From NCBI GenBank assembly GCA_016295035.1, contig JAEDLW010000001.1, positions 2,149 to 66,148 of the forward strand: a stretch of 64,000 bases of DNA, given 5' to 3'. Numbering within the stretch: position 1 is the first letter of the stretch; every line of letters begins with the position of its first letter. The notes beneath the pieces were generated by a model, which worked only from the letters and a program-made list of their open reading frames with translations, searched no databases and was not told the DNA's origin. The translations under genes and the position numbers were made by a program. This document shows positions 20,157-29,790 of this stretch, piece by piece. This DNA comes from Paludibacteraceae bacterium. Lineage in GTDB: Bacteria; Bacteroidota; Bacteroidia; Bacteroidales; Paludibacteraceae.

Positions 20157-21383
20157 ATGCAAATATTATACGTATCAACAAGTTGCTCTCAACGCCTTGC
20201 CAACAAGCTTTTTGAAGAAACGCACAGAGATCCTGGATTTCAAATAGTTAAGTTTACCCGACTACTTCTTGAGGGATTCTGCCATAATAGTGCCTGTGTG
20301 GAATCATTGTGTGGTATTTCTGCTAGGACAAAACGTTTTTTCTGGAAAGAACCTAACGAAGTTATTAACAATGTCAAGTATCAATATATTCCTTTTGTCA
20401 ATTTAATATTTATTCGGCAACTTTGTGTGCAAATAGGAGCATTTTTCAAGACTATAAGTTGGATTTTTCGCACTAGGAAACATGCTCAAAATAGAATAAT
20501 TATTCATGATGTTCTAGCCAACTCCGCCTGTTCCGGCTCGAAATTAGCAGCTGACATCTGGAATGTGCCAACTTGTGCACTCGTTACCGATATGCCGGGT
20601 TTGAGCGCGATAGAAAAAGCTCAAAACAAAAAGGGGTATTATAATCATTTCCTTCATACCAGAACTAAGCAAATTCTAAGAAGGATTAATTCATATTCTT
20701 CTTACATTCTACTCACCGAACAAATGAATTCCGTAATCAACACCAATCATCGCCCATTTGTTATAATGGAAGGACTAGTTGATACTTCTGCGCAATTAGC
20801 GCCATCTACAATAGCCAAAACGTTTCCTCGTGTTATCCTCTATGCGGGCGCATTGGTCGAACAATATGGAGTAAAGGCAATGGTTGATGCTGTATTGCAA
20901 TCTTCTCACACAGATATTGAACTTCACCTATATGGTGATGACAAAGATAGTGGCTTTGCCAACTACATTCGTTCTTGTGCGGCGCAAGATAAGCGCATCG
21001 TATATAAAGGGGTTGCTAAAAATGAAGATATCGTTAAAGCGGAAATATCCGCGTCCTTACTCGTCAATCCAAGATTTACAAATCAAGAAATCACTAGGTA
21101 TTCGTTCCCTTCCAAGAATATGGAGTATATGGTATCTGGAACTCCGCTGTTAACAACTTGCCTGCCTGGTATGCCTGTAGAATATAATGAATATGTATAT
21201 CTATTTGACAACGAGACGGCTGAAGGATATGCAAAAAAAATCGACGAAATTATGAATTTAAGTCCTGAAGACTTGCAATGTAAAGGAAAGGCCGCAAAAG
21301 AATTTGTTTTGAAAGAAAAAAATCACATTAAGCAAGCTCAAAAAATAATAACAATGTTAAAAACTATTGTTCATGACAAGTAA
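20157..21383 (+). CDS. Glycosyltransferase family 4 (GT-B)
   Basis: The C-terminal region reads RYSFPSKNMEYMVSGTPLLTT, resembling the GT4 E-x7-E region. Confidence 0.65.
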   Translation: MQILYVSTSCSQRLANKLFEETHRDPGFQIVKFTRLLLEGFCHNSACVESLCGISARTKRFFWKEPNEVINNVKYQYIPFVNLIFIRQLCVQIGAFFKTISWIFRTRKHAQNRIIIHDVLANSACSGSKLAADIWNVPTCALVTDMPGLSAIEKAQNKKGYYNHFLHTRTKQILRRINSYSSYILLTEQMNSVINTNHRPFVIMEGLVDTSAQLAPSTIAKTFPRVILYAGALVEQYGVKAMVDAVLQSSHTDIELHLYGDDKDSGFANYIRSCAAQDKRIVYKGVAKNEDIVKAEISASLLVNPRFTNQEITRYSFPSKNMEYMVSGTPLLTTCLPGMPVEYNEYVYLFDNETAEGYAKKIDEIMNLSPEDLQCKGKAAKEFVLKEKNHIKQAQKIITMLKTIVHDK

Positions 21384-22389
21384 CATTCGATTTCTTAGTA
21401 TTATCATTCCTTGCTATAATGTAGCGGATTACCTATTGGGAACCATTGATAGTCTTCGCAACTTAAAAGATGCTGAAGATTGTGAGTTTATATTCATAAA
21501 TGATGGATCCACAGATAACACATTCAAAATCATCAAAGATTATGCAAAAACAGATAATCGCGTTCTGGTTATAAATCAAAAGAACGCCGGAGTGTCCGCA
21601 GCTCGTAATGCCGCAATTCGAATTGCCAATGGCAAATATATATTACCATTGGATGGAGATGACAGATTGACATTACAAGCTATTTCTGTAATAAAAAACA
21701 GCATCCTAGATGCGGATATGTTAATTTGTCCTGTTCAAATAGTTACAGCTGATAAAACAATTGACACATCACTTCCATTTCCTGAAGCGGAATACACGCC
21801 CTACACACTTTTCAAAGCTTGCCATACTTTCCCAACAGCTCCCAAATTAGTTTACAAAACTTCTATTCTAAAAACATATGACATCAAATTTAACGAGACC
21901 ATCCATTCTGGCGAAGTTTTAACTTTTTCACTCAATTTCCTCAAATATTGCAGTACCATCTATGTCTCGCATAAATCATTTTATCAATATGTTATGCGCG
22001 AAACCAGTGCTATACATGCGCCAAATTTTAGCAAAGATTTAACCGTATTGGAGATTATTGATGCCATTTGTCAAAACACCAATAACGCTATTATAAATCT
22101 TCCTTCGTTCTGGGCAACGCTCTTTAAAATGTGTGCCTCGTTTACCTATAATAAATACGCTAAATTAGGACTTATGGATGGTTCAACTCTCAAAATTATT
22201 AATGGTGTGCTAAAACACAAAACATTTAGGAAATGTATACAAAAACTAGCATTTTCTTTTGGGCAATATAATTTTGACCGTCTCTTGGCTATTTATATCT
22301 TCACTACAGGTTTATGGGGTTACAAATTGTTGGCATGGTATTTTTCATTAAAAAATAATCAAAAATATTCAGAAAATTTGCATATATAA
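21373..22389 (+). CDS. Glycosyltransferase family 2
   Basis: It has LSIIIPCYNVADYL..FIFINDGSTDNT..LPLDGDD (the DxD motif). I used the ATG at 21373; the track start at 21367 is TTG. Confidence 0.8.
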   Translation: MTSNIRFLSIIIPCYNVADYLLGTIDSLRNLKDAEDCEFIFINDGSTDNTFKIIKDYAKTDNRVLVINQKNAGVSAARNAAIRIANGKYILPLDGDDRLTLQAISVIKNSILDADMLICPVQIVTADKTIDTSLPFPEAEYTPYTLFKACHTFPTAPKLVYKTSILKTYDIKFNETIHSGEVLTFSLNFLKYCSTIYVSHKSFYQYVMRETSAIHAPNFSKDLTVLEIIDAICQNTNNAIINLPSFWATLFKMCASFTYNKYAKLGLMDGSTLKIINGVLKHKTFRKCIQKLAFSFGQYNFDRLLAIYIFTTGLWGYKLLAWYFSLKNNQKYSENLHI

Positions 22390-22428
22390 AAAAAAAGAAG
22401 TAATTTTGCGCGTTATTTGATAAACGTG

Positions 22429-23058
22429 ATGAAACAACTCATTATTATAGGTGCTGGAGGCATGGGGCGTACCTTATATGACCTGGCTCGAGAAAGTATA
22501 GGTTTTGATGTAGATTTCATTATAAAAGGGTTTATTGACGACAATACCTTGGCTTTAAATGGATATGAAAACTATCCTCCCATTATAGGAACAATTAATG
22601 ATTACCAGCCTTCAATTGACGAAGTCTTTATTTGTTCTATTGGTGGAGCAGCGCGTCGTAAATGTATAGAAAAGATCGTTTCCAAAGGAGGTTCTTTTCT
22701 GACTATGATCCATAAGACTGCGCGTATTGGAACTAATGTTGTTATTGGAGCAGGATCTATTGTAGGTGCCTTTACTGCCATTGGAGCTGATGCAAAAATT
22801 GGTAGATTTAATCTCATTCAATCACAAACCATTATTGGACACGACAGTAAAATAGGAGATTGGAATCGTATCGACACACATGTAACATTGGTTGGAGGTA
22901 CCATCGTTGAAGACGAAACAGATATCCATACAGCAGCAGTGATTGGTCACAATGTTACAATTGAAAGCAACTCTCGCGTAGCAGCTTGCAGTTTTGTAAT
23001 ACGTCGTGTCAAATCTGGTACAACCGTAATGGGAAACCCAGCCAAACGGCTGATGTAA
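22429..23058 (+). CDS. NeuD/PglD-family left-handed beta-helix sugar N-acyl/acetyltransferase
   Basis: It has the N-terminal Rossmann-like motif LIIIGAGGMGR followed by hexapeptide repeats (IGTNVVIGAGSIVGAFTAIGADAKIG...). Confidence 0.75.
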   Translation: MKQLIIIGAGGMGRTLYDLARESIGFDVDFIIKGFIDDNTLALNGYENYPPIIGTINDYQPSIDEVFICSIGGAARRKCIEKIVSKGGSFLTMIHKTARIGTNVVIGAGSIVGAFTAIGADAKIGRFNLIQSQTIIGHDSKIGDWNRIDTHVTLVGGTIVEDETDIHTAAVIGHNVTIESNSRVAACSFVIRRVKSGTTVMGNPAKRLM

Positions 23059-23089
23059 AAGAATAAAAGCTAAATGATTAGATAAATTT

Positions 23090-23317
23090 ATGGATATACA
23101 AAATTTTATTCAAAACTTTGCTGAGCAGTTCGATGAGCTGAATACCGAACTGACTCCAGAAACGCGCTTCCGTGAAGTGGAAGGCTGGACATCATTGGTT
23201 GCTTTACTCGTTATCACAATGATTGATGATGAATATGGAGTAGTATTGCCTCCTGAAGAAATGCGTAAGACCCAAACTATTCAAGAACTTTTTGACTTGA
23301 CTCAAAGCAAACTTTGA
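23090..23317 (+). CDS. Acyl carrier protein (PP-binding)
   Basis: The 75-aa acidic protein has a candidate phosphopantetheine Ser in EGWTSLVAL. Confidence 0.65.
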   Translation: MDIQNFIQNFAEQFDELNTELTPETRFREVEGWTSLVALLVITMIDDEYGVVLPPEEMRKTQTIQELFDLTQSKL

Positions 23318-23326
23318 TCATTTGTT

Positions 23327-24070
23327 ATGTACAATCCATTTTCACTCTTAGGTAAGACCATTTTAGTCACAGGAGCCTCTTCCGGTATCGGACGGGCGAC
23401 AGCAATAGAGTGCTCTCGAATGGGAGCACGTTGCGTCATTACTGGTCGTAATATGCAGAGATTACAACAGACTTGTCATGCTCTTGAGGGGAATGGACAT
23501 ATACTAATTATAGCGGATTTGTCAAAACAAGACGAAATTGATACTTTGGTGGAATCCATTCCGAACATTGATGGATTAGTAAATAATGCCGGCATTGGTT
23601 TACAAAAACCTATTTCATATATTAAACAAGAAGATCTTGAAAATGTATTTCAAGTTAATACATTCGCCCCTATTCTTTTAACGAAGGCGCTATTACGCAA
23701 AAAAAAGATTAAAAAGAACGGATCTATTGTATTTACTTCCTCAATTTCAGCTTTCGAAAGTAATTTTGGGCGCGCAGTATATGGTGCCTCCAAATCAGCT
23801 ATAATGGCTTATATGCATTACTGCGCACGCGAATTAGCTGGAAAACCTATACGCGCGAATGCCGTTCATCCTGCAATGACAGAAACTCCACTAATTTATT
23901 CTGGCACCTTAACCGAAGAAGATCGACAACGCGACATGATGCAATACCCTCTTAAAAGGTATGCTAAACCAGAAGAAATAGCATATGCCATTATCTATTT
24001 ATTATCTGATGCATCTTCCTGGACAACAGGTACATCTTTGATTGTAGATGGTGGATTGTCGCTTTTGTAA
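23327..24070 (+). CDS. SDR-family oxidoreductase (FabG-like)
   Basis: It has TGASSGIGRA and the catalytic motif YGASKSA. Confidence 0.85.
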   Translation: MYNPFSLLGKTILVTGASSGIGRATAIECSRMGARCVITGRNMQRLQQTCHALEGNGHILIIADLSKQDEIDTLVESIPNIDGLVNNAGIGLQKPISYIKQEDLENVFQVNTFAPILLTKALLRKKKIKKNGSIVFTSSISAFESNFGRAVYGASKSAIMAYMHYCARELAGKPIRANAVHPAMTETPLIYSGTLTEEDRQRDMMQYPLKRYAKPEEIAYAIIYLLSDASSWTTGTSLIVDGGLSLL

Positions 24071-24099
24071 GTATTGAGTTTTAAATTAAATTAAAATAT

Positions 24100-24825
24100 A
24101 TGTTACAAGGTAAAGTCGCATTGATTACTGGAGCAGGCGCAGGTATCGGAAAGGCAGCAACCCAACTTTTTGCTCAAAATGGGGCTATCGTTTATGCGGT
24201 GGACATCAAAGGTCTCGATTGGATTACAGACTCTGGTTTTCAAAAGACAATTATTCCTATTGAACTTAATATATGCGATTTCCATGCCGTTAAAGAAGCC
24301 GTACTAAGAATCAAAAAAGAACAAGGAAAAATTGATATTCTCGCCAATATTGCCGGCCTCATCTCATATGAGTTTATGAGCATGATTGATTTTGACAAGT
24401 TCCGTATGATGCTTGAAGTTAATGTCGTTGCACTTATTTACCTCATGCAACTTACCAGCAGATTGATGGCGCGTCAACATAGTGGTTCTATTATTAATAT
24501 GGCCAGCATGGTAGGAGCAAAAGGTGCTAAAGGGCAATTATCATATTCTGCAAGTAAAGGGGCTGTTATTGCTGCTACGAAATCCGCAGCCAAAGAACTG
24601 GCAGAGCATGCTATTCGAGTAAACGCTATCGCTCCTGGTATGGTTGGATCGGACCGTTTTAAAGCTGTCCTGGCTGAAAAATTTGCTCAAAAAATCAACG
24701 ATATTCCTTTTGGTCGCTTAGCAGAGCCGGAAGAAATTGCACAACTTTGTCTCTTCCTTGCCTCGGATGCATCAATGTATATCACAGGCCAAGTAATTGG
24801 TATAGATGGCGGAATAATCATGTAG
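24100..24825 (+). CDS. SDR-family oxidoreductase (3-oxoacyl-ACP reductase-like)
   Basis: It has TGAGAGIGKA, YSASKGA and NAIAPG. Confidence 0.85.
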   Translation: MLQGKVALITGAGAGIGKAATQLFAQNGAIVYAVDIKGLDWITDSGFQKTIIPIELNICDFHAVKEAVLRIKKEQGKIDILANIAGLISYEFMSMIDFDKFRMMLEVNVVALIYLMQLTSRLMARQHSGSIINMASMVGAKGAKGQLSYSASKGAVIAATKSAAKELAEHAIRVNAIAPGMVGSDRFKAVLAEKFAQKINDIPFGRLAEPEEIAQLCLFLASDASMYITGQVIGIDGGIIM

Positions 24826-24828
24826 TAC

Positions 24829-26181
24829 ATGTTACTAAATCTTGACCACATTGCCCAAAAACGCCTTGCTGCCATTGACAATGACGGCAAACAGGTAACA
24901 TACGTTGAGATCCTTCGGTTGGCAGATGATATCACAACTCAAGTCACTGAACGCGCCCTATGTTTTATGATGGTAGACAATAACGTGGAGTCACTTTCTT
25001 GGGTGATGGCTTCGCTAATCAGCAAAAGACTTGTTCCACTCATTCTCAACGCCAAAACAGACGAAACACTATACAACAATCTTCTGCAGACCTACCGACC
25101 AAAATATATTTGGAAAGCTGGTACGCTGCAACGCACAGACTACCCGATTGTGCCTTTACACCCTAACCTTAGCCACCTCTTACCAACATCCGGTTCCACC
25201 GGTAGTCCAAAACTTATTCGTCATAAGTACGAAAATATTGAAGCTGCAGGACTGAATATCTCTACCTTCTTTGAACTGAAAGAAACAGACCGTCCTTTGA
25301 TGGTGCTTCCGTTGTACTATACAATGGGCTTGTCAATGGTTTTCAGTCACCTACGCGTTGGAGCAACAGTGCTTATTACCAACCGGAACATGACCGATGC
25401 AACTTTCTGGAAGTTCATCAAAGATGAGCATGCCACGTCCTTTACTGGAGTGCCCTACTCTTTCCAAATTCTTAATCTAATGCGGTTCTTCCGCATGGAT
25501 TTACCAGATTTGGAATTACTCACACAAGGCGGCGGAAAGATGCCGCATGACTTGAATGTAGAGTTTGCCACATACTGCCGCGATCACAATAAACGCTGGA
25601 TTGCCACTTATGGACAATCTGAATGTACTGCACGTATGGCGTACCTTCCTGCAAAATGGGCACTCGATAAAGTTGGCAGTATTGGAATTGCAGTTCCCAA
25701 TGGCGAGTTATCCCTTATTGACGAAAATGGGACCCCCATCAACACACCACACACTGAAGGCGAAATGTGCTATCGCGGCAAGAACGTGACGATGGGTTAC
25801 GCTTTTTGCCTTAAAGACCTCACTAAAGGTGATGAACGAAACGGCTTCATTCGTACTGGAGATTTGGCATATTTCGATGAAGATAAGTGCTATTACATTG
25901 TAGGCAGATTGGGACGCTTCATTAAACTCTTCGGAATGCGTGTCGGATTGGATGAATGCGAACAGATTATTGCCAACGACTGCCAAACAGAGTGCGCCTG
26001 TGTAGGTACAGACGAAAAGATGGTAGTGTATCTCACCGACGCAACTAAGCAACAAGCCGTAAAAGAAGCCCTTGTCGAAAAAACACACATTGTCGCCACA
26101 TCTTTTGAGATACGTCTCATTGACACTATACCAAAAAACGAAGCCGGCAAGAAATTATATAGCAAATTGGAAAATAAATAA
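24829..26181 (+). CDS. AMP-dependent synthetase/ligase (acyl-ACP or acyl-CoA ligase)
   Basis: It has the adenylation motifs LLPTSGSTGSPKLIRH, TYGQSE, IRTGDLAYFDEDKCYYIVGR and the C-terminal PKNEAGKK. Confidence 0.85.
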   Translation: MLLNLDHIAQKRLAAIDNDGKQVTYVEILRLADDITTQVTERALCFMMVDNNVESLSWVMASLISKRLVPLILNAKTDETLYNNLLQTYRPKYIWKAGTLQRTDYPIVPLHPNLSHLLPTSGSTGSPKLIRHKYENIEAAGLNISTFFELKETDRPLMVLPLYYTMGLSMVFSHLRVGATVLITNRNMTDATFWKFIKDEHATSFTGVPYSFQILNLMRFFRMDLPDLELLTQGGGKMPHDLNVEFATYCRDHNKRWIATYGQSECTARMAYLPAKWALDKVGSIGIAVPNGELSLIDENGTPINTPHTEGEMCYRGKNVTMGYAFCLKDLTKGDERNGFIRTGDLAYFDEDKCYYIVGRLGRFIKLFGMRVGLDECEQIIANDCQTECACVGTDEKMVVYLTDATKQQAVKEALVEKTHIVATSFEIRLIDTIPKNEAGKKLYSKLENK

Positions 26182-26186
26182 TTGTT

Positions 26187-26426
26187 ATGAACAACTTAGA
26201 TAAATACAATGACATTTTTGCACAAGTTTTTGGTGCAAAAGTAGAAGAATTAGGTGACTGCTACAGCAAAGAAAACGTGTCTGCATGGGATTCAGTACAT
26301 CAACTCAATATCATTTCTCTTATGGAAGAAATTTTTGATTTGATGCTTGACCCCGAAGATATTATGGCTTGCACCAGCTACAATGCCGGTAAAGAAATCC
26401 TCGCCAAAAACGGCATTGAATTATAA
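26187..26426 (+). CDS. Acyl carrier protein (second copy)
   Basis: The 79-aa protein has a Ser in VSAWDSVHQLNIISLMEE (the DS motif). Confidence 0.7.
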   Translation: MNNLDKYNDIFAQVFGAKVEELGDCYSKENVSAWDSVHQLNIISLMEEIFDLMLDPEDIMACTSYNAGKEILAKNGIEL

Positions 26427-26440
26427 ATATTAATTGGTTT

Positions 26441-27502
26441 ATGTCTCGTTGGAATATAAAAAACGTACGACTTGCAGGTGTCAGTGCATGTGTACCTAAG
26501 GAAATCGTCCGCACAGAAGATTTTACATTCTTCAATCAGGAAGAAGCAGAGGTGTTTAATAATACAGTCGGTATTATTGAACGTCGTCTTGGTCCAAGTT
26601 CACTATGTGCGTCAGACCTTTGCAAAGAAGCCGCTGAAAAATTAATAGTAGAACTCGGATGGGAAAAAGATACTATTGATGTATTGGTATTTGAGTCTGT
26701 AACCGGCGATTATAAGACTCCACCTACATCATGCATTTTGCAAGATCGGTTGGGATTATCCGAAAATTGTTTTTGTGTAGATATTCCTATGGGGTGTTGC
26801 GGATGTATGTATGCAATCAATATTGCTGCCAATATGCTTACTACTGGAGATGTACACCGAGCACTTCTACTCATTGGTGATACCGCAATGCGAATGGGCT
26901 CTATGCAAGATAAAAGTCGGGTTCCCCTATTTGGAGATAGCGGAACTGCCATTGCACTAGAATACGATACAACTGCAGAGCCCATACTTATTGATTTCCA
27001 TACTCAAGGCAGTGGTTTCAAAGCGCTTATGACACCTCATGGAGGGTATCGGCATCCTATTACACAGGATTCTTTCATTCAAGAGGATTTTGGTAATGGA
27101 ATCATTCGCGCGCCTAAAGACGCACTCATTGATGGTATGGCTGTTTTCACATTTGCTATTAGTAAACCGGCTAGAACCGTTGCCAACTTACTAACTGAGT
27201 TCGAAATAGATAAGGATAATGATATTGATTATTATTTAATTCATCAAGCGAACAAACTTATAGTTGACAGAATGGTCAAAAAACTTAAATTACCAGTAGA
27301 TAAAGTGCCATACAATTTGGAACAGTTCGGCAATACTGGTCCTGCAAGTATTCCACTTCTTATGGTGACCCGTTTGCGTGAAAAAATGCGACAAAAAAAA
27401 CCAATCCGGCTACTTGGTTCCACGTTCGGTCTTGGTCTCAGTTGGGGAACTATGCTACTAACAACCAGCAATGTTGTTATTCCAGAATTAATTGAAATAT
27501 AA
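26441..27502 (+). CDS. 3-oxoacyl-ACP synthase III (FabH-like KAS III)
   Basis: The Cys-His-Asn triad is in context: MGCCGCMYAI, YLIHQANKLI and FGNTGPASIPL. Confidence 0.85.
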   Translation: MSRWNIKNVRLAGVSACVPKEIVRTEDFTFFNQEEAEVFNNTVGIIERRLGPSSLCASDLCKEAAEKLIVELGWEKDTIDVLVFESVTGDYKTPPTSCILQDRLGLSENCFCVDIPMGCCGCMYAINIAANMLTTGDVHRALLLIGDTAMRMGSMQDKSRVPLFGDSGTAIALEYDTTAEPILIDFHTQGSGFKALMTPHGGYRHPITQDSFIQEDFGNGIIRAPKDALIDGMAVFTFAISKPARTVANLLTEFEIDKDNDIDYYLIHQANKLIVDRMVKKLKLPVDKVPYNLEQFGNTGPASIPLLMVTRLREKMRQKKPIRLLGSTFGLGLSWGTMLLTTSNVVIPELIEI

Positions 27503-27515
27503 AAACTTTGAATAT

Positions 27516-28565
27516 ATGTCCATTTTTAAAGACAAAACATTATTGATTACCGGCGGTACAGGTAGTTTTGGAAATGCAGTCTTAAAACGCTTTCTTGATA
27601 CTGACATCAAAGAAATCCGCATCTTTTCACGCGACGAAAAGAAACAGGATGATATGAGGCATGAATATCAAGCAAAGTATCCGAAAGTAGCTCACAAAAT
27701 CAAATTTTACATCGGAGACGTGCGTTCGCTGGAATCATGCCGTAGTGCGATGCCGGGCGTAGATTATATCTTCCATGCAGCCGCTCTCAAGCAAGTTCCT
27801 TCCTGTGAATTCTTCCCTATGGAAGCGGTTCGCACAAACGTTATCGGAACCGACAACGTACTCACTGCTGCTATTGAACATCAAGTAAAATGCGTAATAT
27901 GCCTCTCTACTGACAAAGCGGCATATCCAATCAATGCGATGGGCATCACAAAGGCCATTGAAGAAAAAGTTGCTGTTGCCAAAAGTCGATATAGTGGTAA
28001 TACACGTATCTGCTGTACGCGCTACGGCAACGTAATGTGCTCACGTGGATCTGTTATTCCCTTATGGATTGACCAAATCCGCCAAGGTAATCCTATTACC
28101 ATCACTGAACCAAAGATGACACGTTTCATTATGTCCCTTGACGAAGCCGTGGATTTGGTACTTTTCGCTTTTGAACACGGACAAAACGGAGATATTCTAG
28201 TTCAAAAAGCACCCGCTTGTACCATTCAAACACAAGCAGAGGCTGTATGCAAGTTGTTCGGAGGAAAGAATGAGGATATTAAAGTTATCGGCATACGCCA
28301 CGGGGAAAAAATGTACGAAACGCTTCTCACCAAAGAAGAATGCGCAAAAGCCGAAGACATGGGAGATTTTTACCGTGTTCCAGCTGACAATCGCGATTTA
28401 AATTACGACAAATTCTTCATTGAGGGTGACACGAAACGTGTAACGATTGACGAATTCAACAGTAACAACACATATCGTTTGAATCTTGAGGAAACAAAAG
28501 CAAAGATTGCTACACTCGAATACATCCAAAACGAGTTGAATGGTATAGAGAATATCGCTAAATAA
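27516..28565 (+). CDS. fnlA: UDP-GlcNAc 4,6-dehydratase/5-epimerase (CapE/FnlA type)
   Basis: It has KTLLITGGTGSFGNAVLKRFLDTDIKEIRIFSRDEKKQDDMR, very close to the CapE/FnlA N-terminus. I used the ATG at 27516; the track start at 27492 is TTG, inside the KAS III stop region. Confidence 0.85.
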   Translation: MSIFKDKTLLITGGTGSFGNAVLKRFLDTDIKEIRIFSRDEKKQDDMRHEYQAKYPKVAHKIKFYIGDVRSLESCRSAMPGVDYIFHAAALKQVPSCEFFPMEAVRTNVIGTDNVLTAAIEHQVKCVICLSTDKAAYPINAMGITKAIEEKVAVAKSRYSGNTRICCTRYGNVMCSRGSVIPLWIDQIRQGNPITITEPKMTRFIMSLDEAVDLVLFAFEHGQNGDILVQKAPACTIQTQAEAVCKLFGGKNEDIKVIGIRHGEKMYETLLTKEECAKAEDMGDFYRVPADNRDLNYDKFFIEGDTKRVTIDEFNSNNTYRLNLEETKAKIATLEYIQNELNGIENIAK

Positions 28566-28575
28566 TCGTCGATCT

Positions 28576-29784
28576 ATGAAAATACTGGTTACAGGAGCAA
28601 AGGGGTTTGTGGGACAGAACCTATGTGCCGAACTCAAAAACATTCGCGACGGGAAAGCCCGCTGTTATGGAAACTTGACGGTTTCGGAAATCATGGAGTA
28701 TGACCTTGACAGCACACAAGAAGACCTTGACGCCTTCTGCAAAAAAGCGGATTTTGTGTTCAACTTGGCTGGTGTGAATCGCCCAAAAGAACAATCTGAG
28801 TTCATACAGGGAAATTTTGGATTTGCGAGTACTCTTCTTTCCACATTAAAGAAATTTCACAACACATGTCCTGTAATGCTCTCATCTTCCCAGCAAGCTT
28901 CATTGAGCGGACGTTTCGGTAATAGTGAATACGGTAAAAGCAAACTGGCTGGTGAAGAACTGTTTTTTGAGTATGCACGCCAGACTGGAGCAAAAGTACT
29001 TGTGTATCGTTTCCCCAACCTCTTTGGCAAATGGAGCAAACCTAATTACAACTCGGCGGTAGCCACTTTCTGCAATAATATCGCTAACGATTTGCCCATT
29101 CAGGTAAACGATCCTACTACTGAACTGGAATTACTCTACATAGATGACCTCATAGAGGAAATGATTCATGCACTCAAAGGGGAAGAACACCATTGTGAAT
29201 TCCTCGGTATTGACACTATTCTTTCTCCTAACGGCAGATATTGTGCAGCTCCTTTGACACACAAAGTTACACTCGGAGAAATAGTCACACTTTTGCATCA
29301 GTTCCACAACCAGCCCCAATCGCTTGTCATTCCAGAAATTCCTAATCACTCTTTTGCAAAGAAGTTGTACTCCATGTATCTCAGTTATCTGCCAAAGGAA
29401 AAAGTAGCCTTCCCCCTGAAAATGAATATTGACGAACGAGGCTCATTTACCGAACTGCTCAAAACAGATAATTGCGGACAGGTAAGCATCAATATCTCCA
29501 AACCTGGCATAACGAAAGGTCAACATTGGCACCACTCAAAATGGGAGTTTTTTATGGTGGTAAGCGGCCATGGTCTTATTCAAATGCGAAACCTCAATGA
29601 TCCACATGCGGAAATCCTTGAGTTTGAAGTATGCGGAGAACATATACAGGCGGTACACATGCTTCCTGGATATACACATAACATCATCAATCTGTCTCAA
29701 ACAAACAATTTAGTAACAGTAATGTGGGCGAACGAACAATTTGACCCCACTCATCCAGATACATATTTCGAACCAGTAAAATAA
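28576..29784 (+). CDS. fnlB: CapF/FnlB-type reductase (SDR domain plus C-terminal cupin)
   Basis: It has MKILVTGAKGFVGQNL, and a cupin-like C-terminus (GITKGQHWHHSKWEFFMVVSG). It sits between the fnlA and fnlC homologues. Confidence 0.8.
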   Translation: MKILVTGAKGFVGQNLCAELKNIRDGKARCYGNLTVSEIMEYDLDSTQEDLDAFCKKADFVFNLAGVNRPKEQSEFIQGNFGFASTLLSTLKKFHNTCPVMLSSSQQASLSGRFGNSEYGKSKLAGEELFFEYARQTGAKVLVYRFPNLFGKWSKPNYNSAVATFCNNIANDLPIQVNDPTTELELLYIDDLIEEMIHALKGEEHHCEFLGIDTILSPNGRYCAAPLTHKVTLGEIVTLLHQFHNQPQSLVIPEIPNHSFAKKLYSMYLSYLPKEKVAFPLKMNIDERGSFTELLKTDNCGQVSINISKPGITKGQHWHHSKWEFFMVVSGHGLIQMRNLNDPHAEILEFEVCGEHIQAVHMLPGYTHNIINLSQTNNLVTVMWANEQFDPTHPDTYFEPVK

Positions 29785-29790
29785 ACTTAT

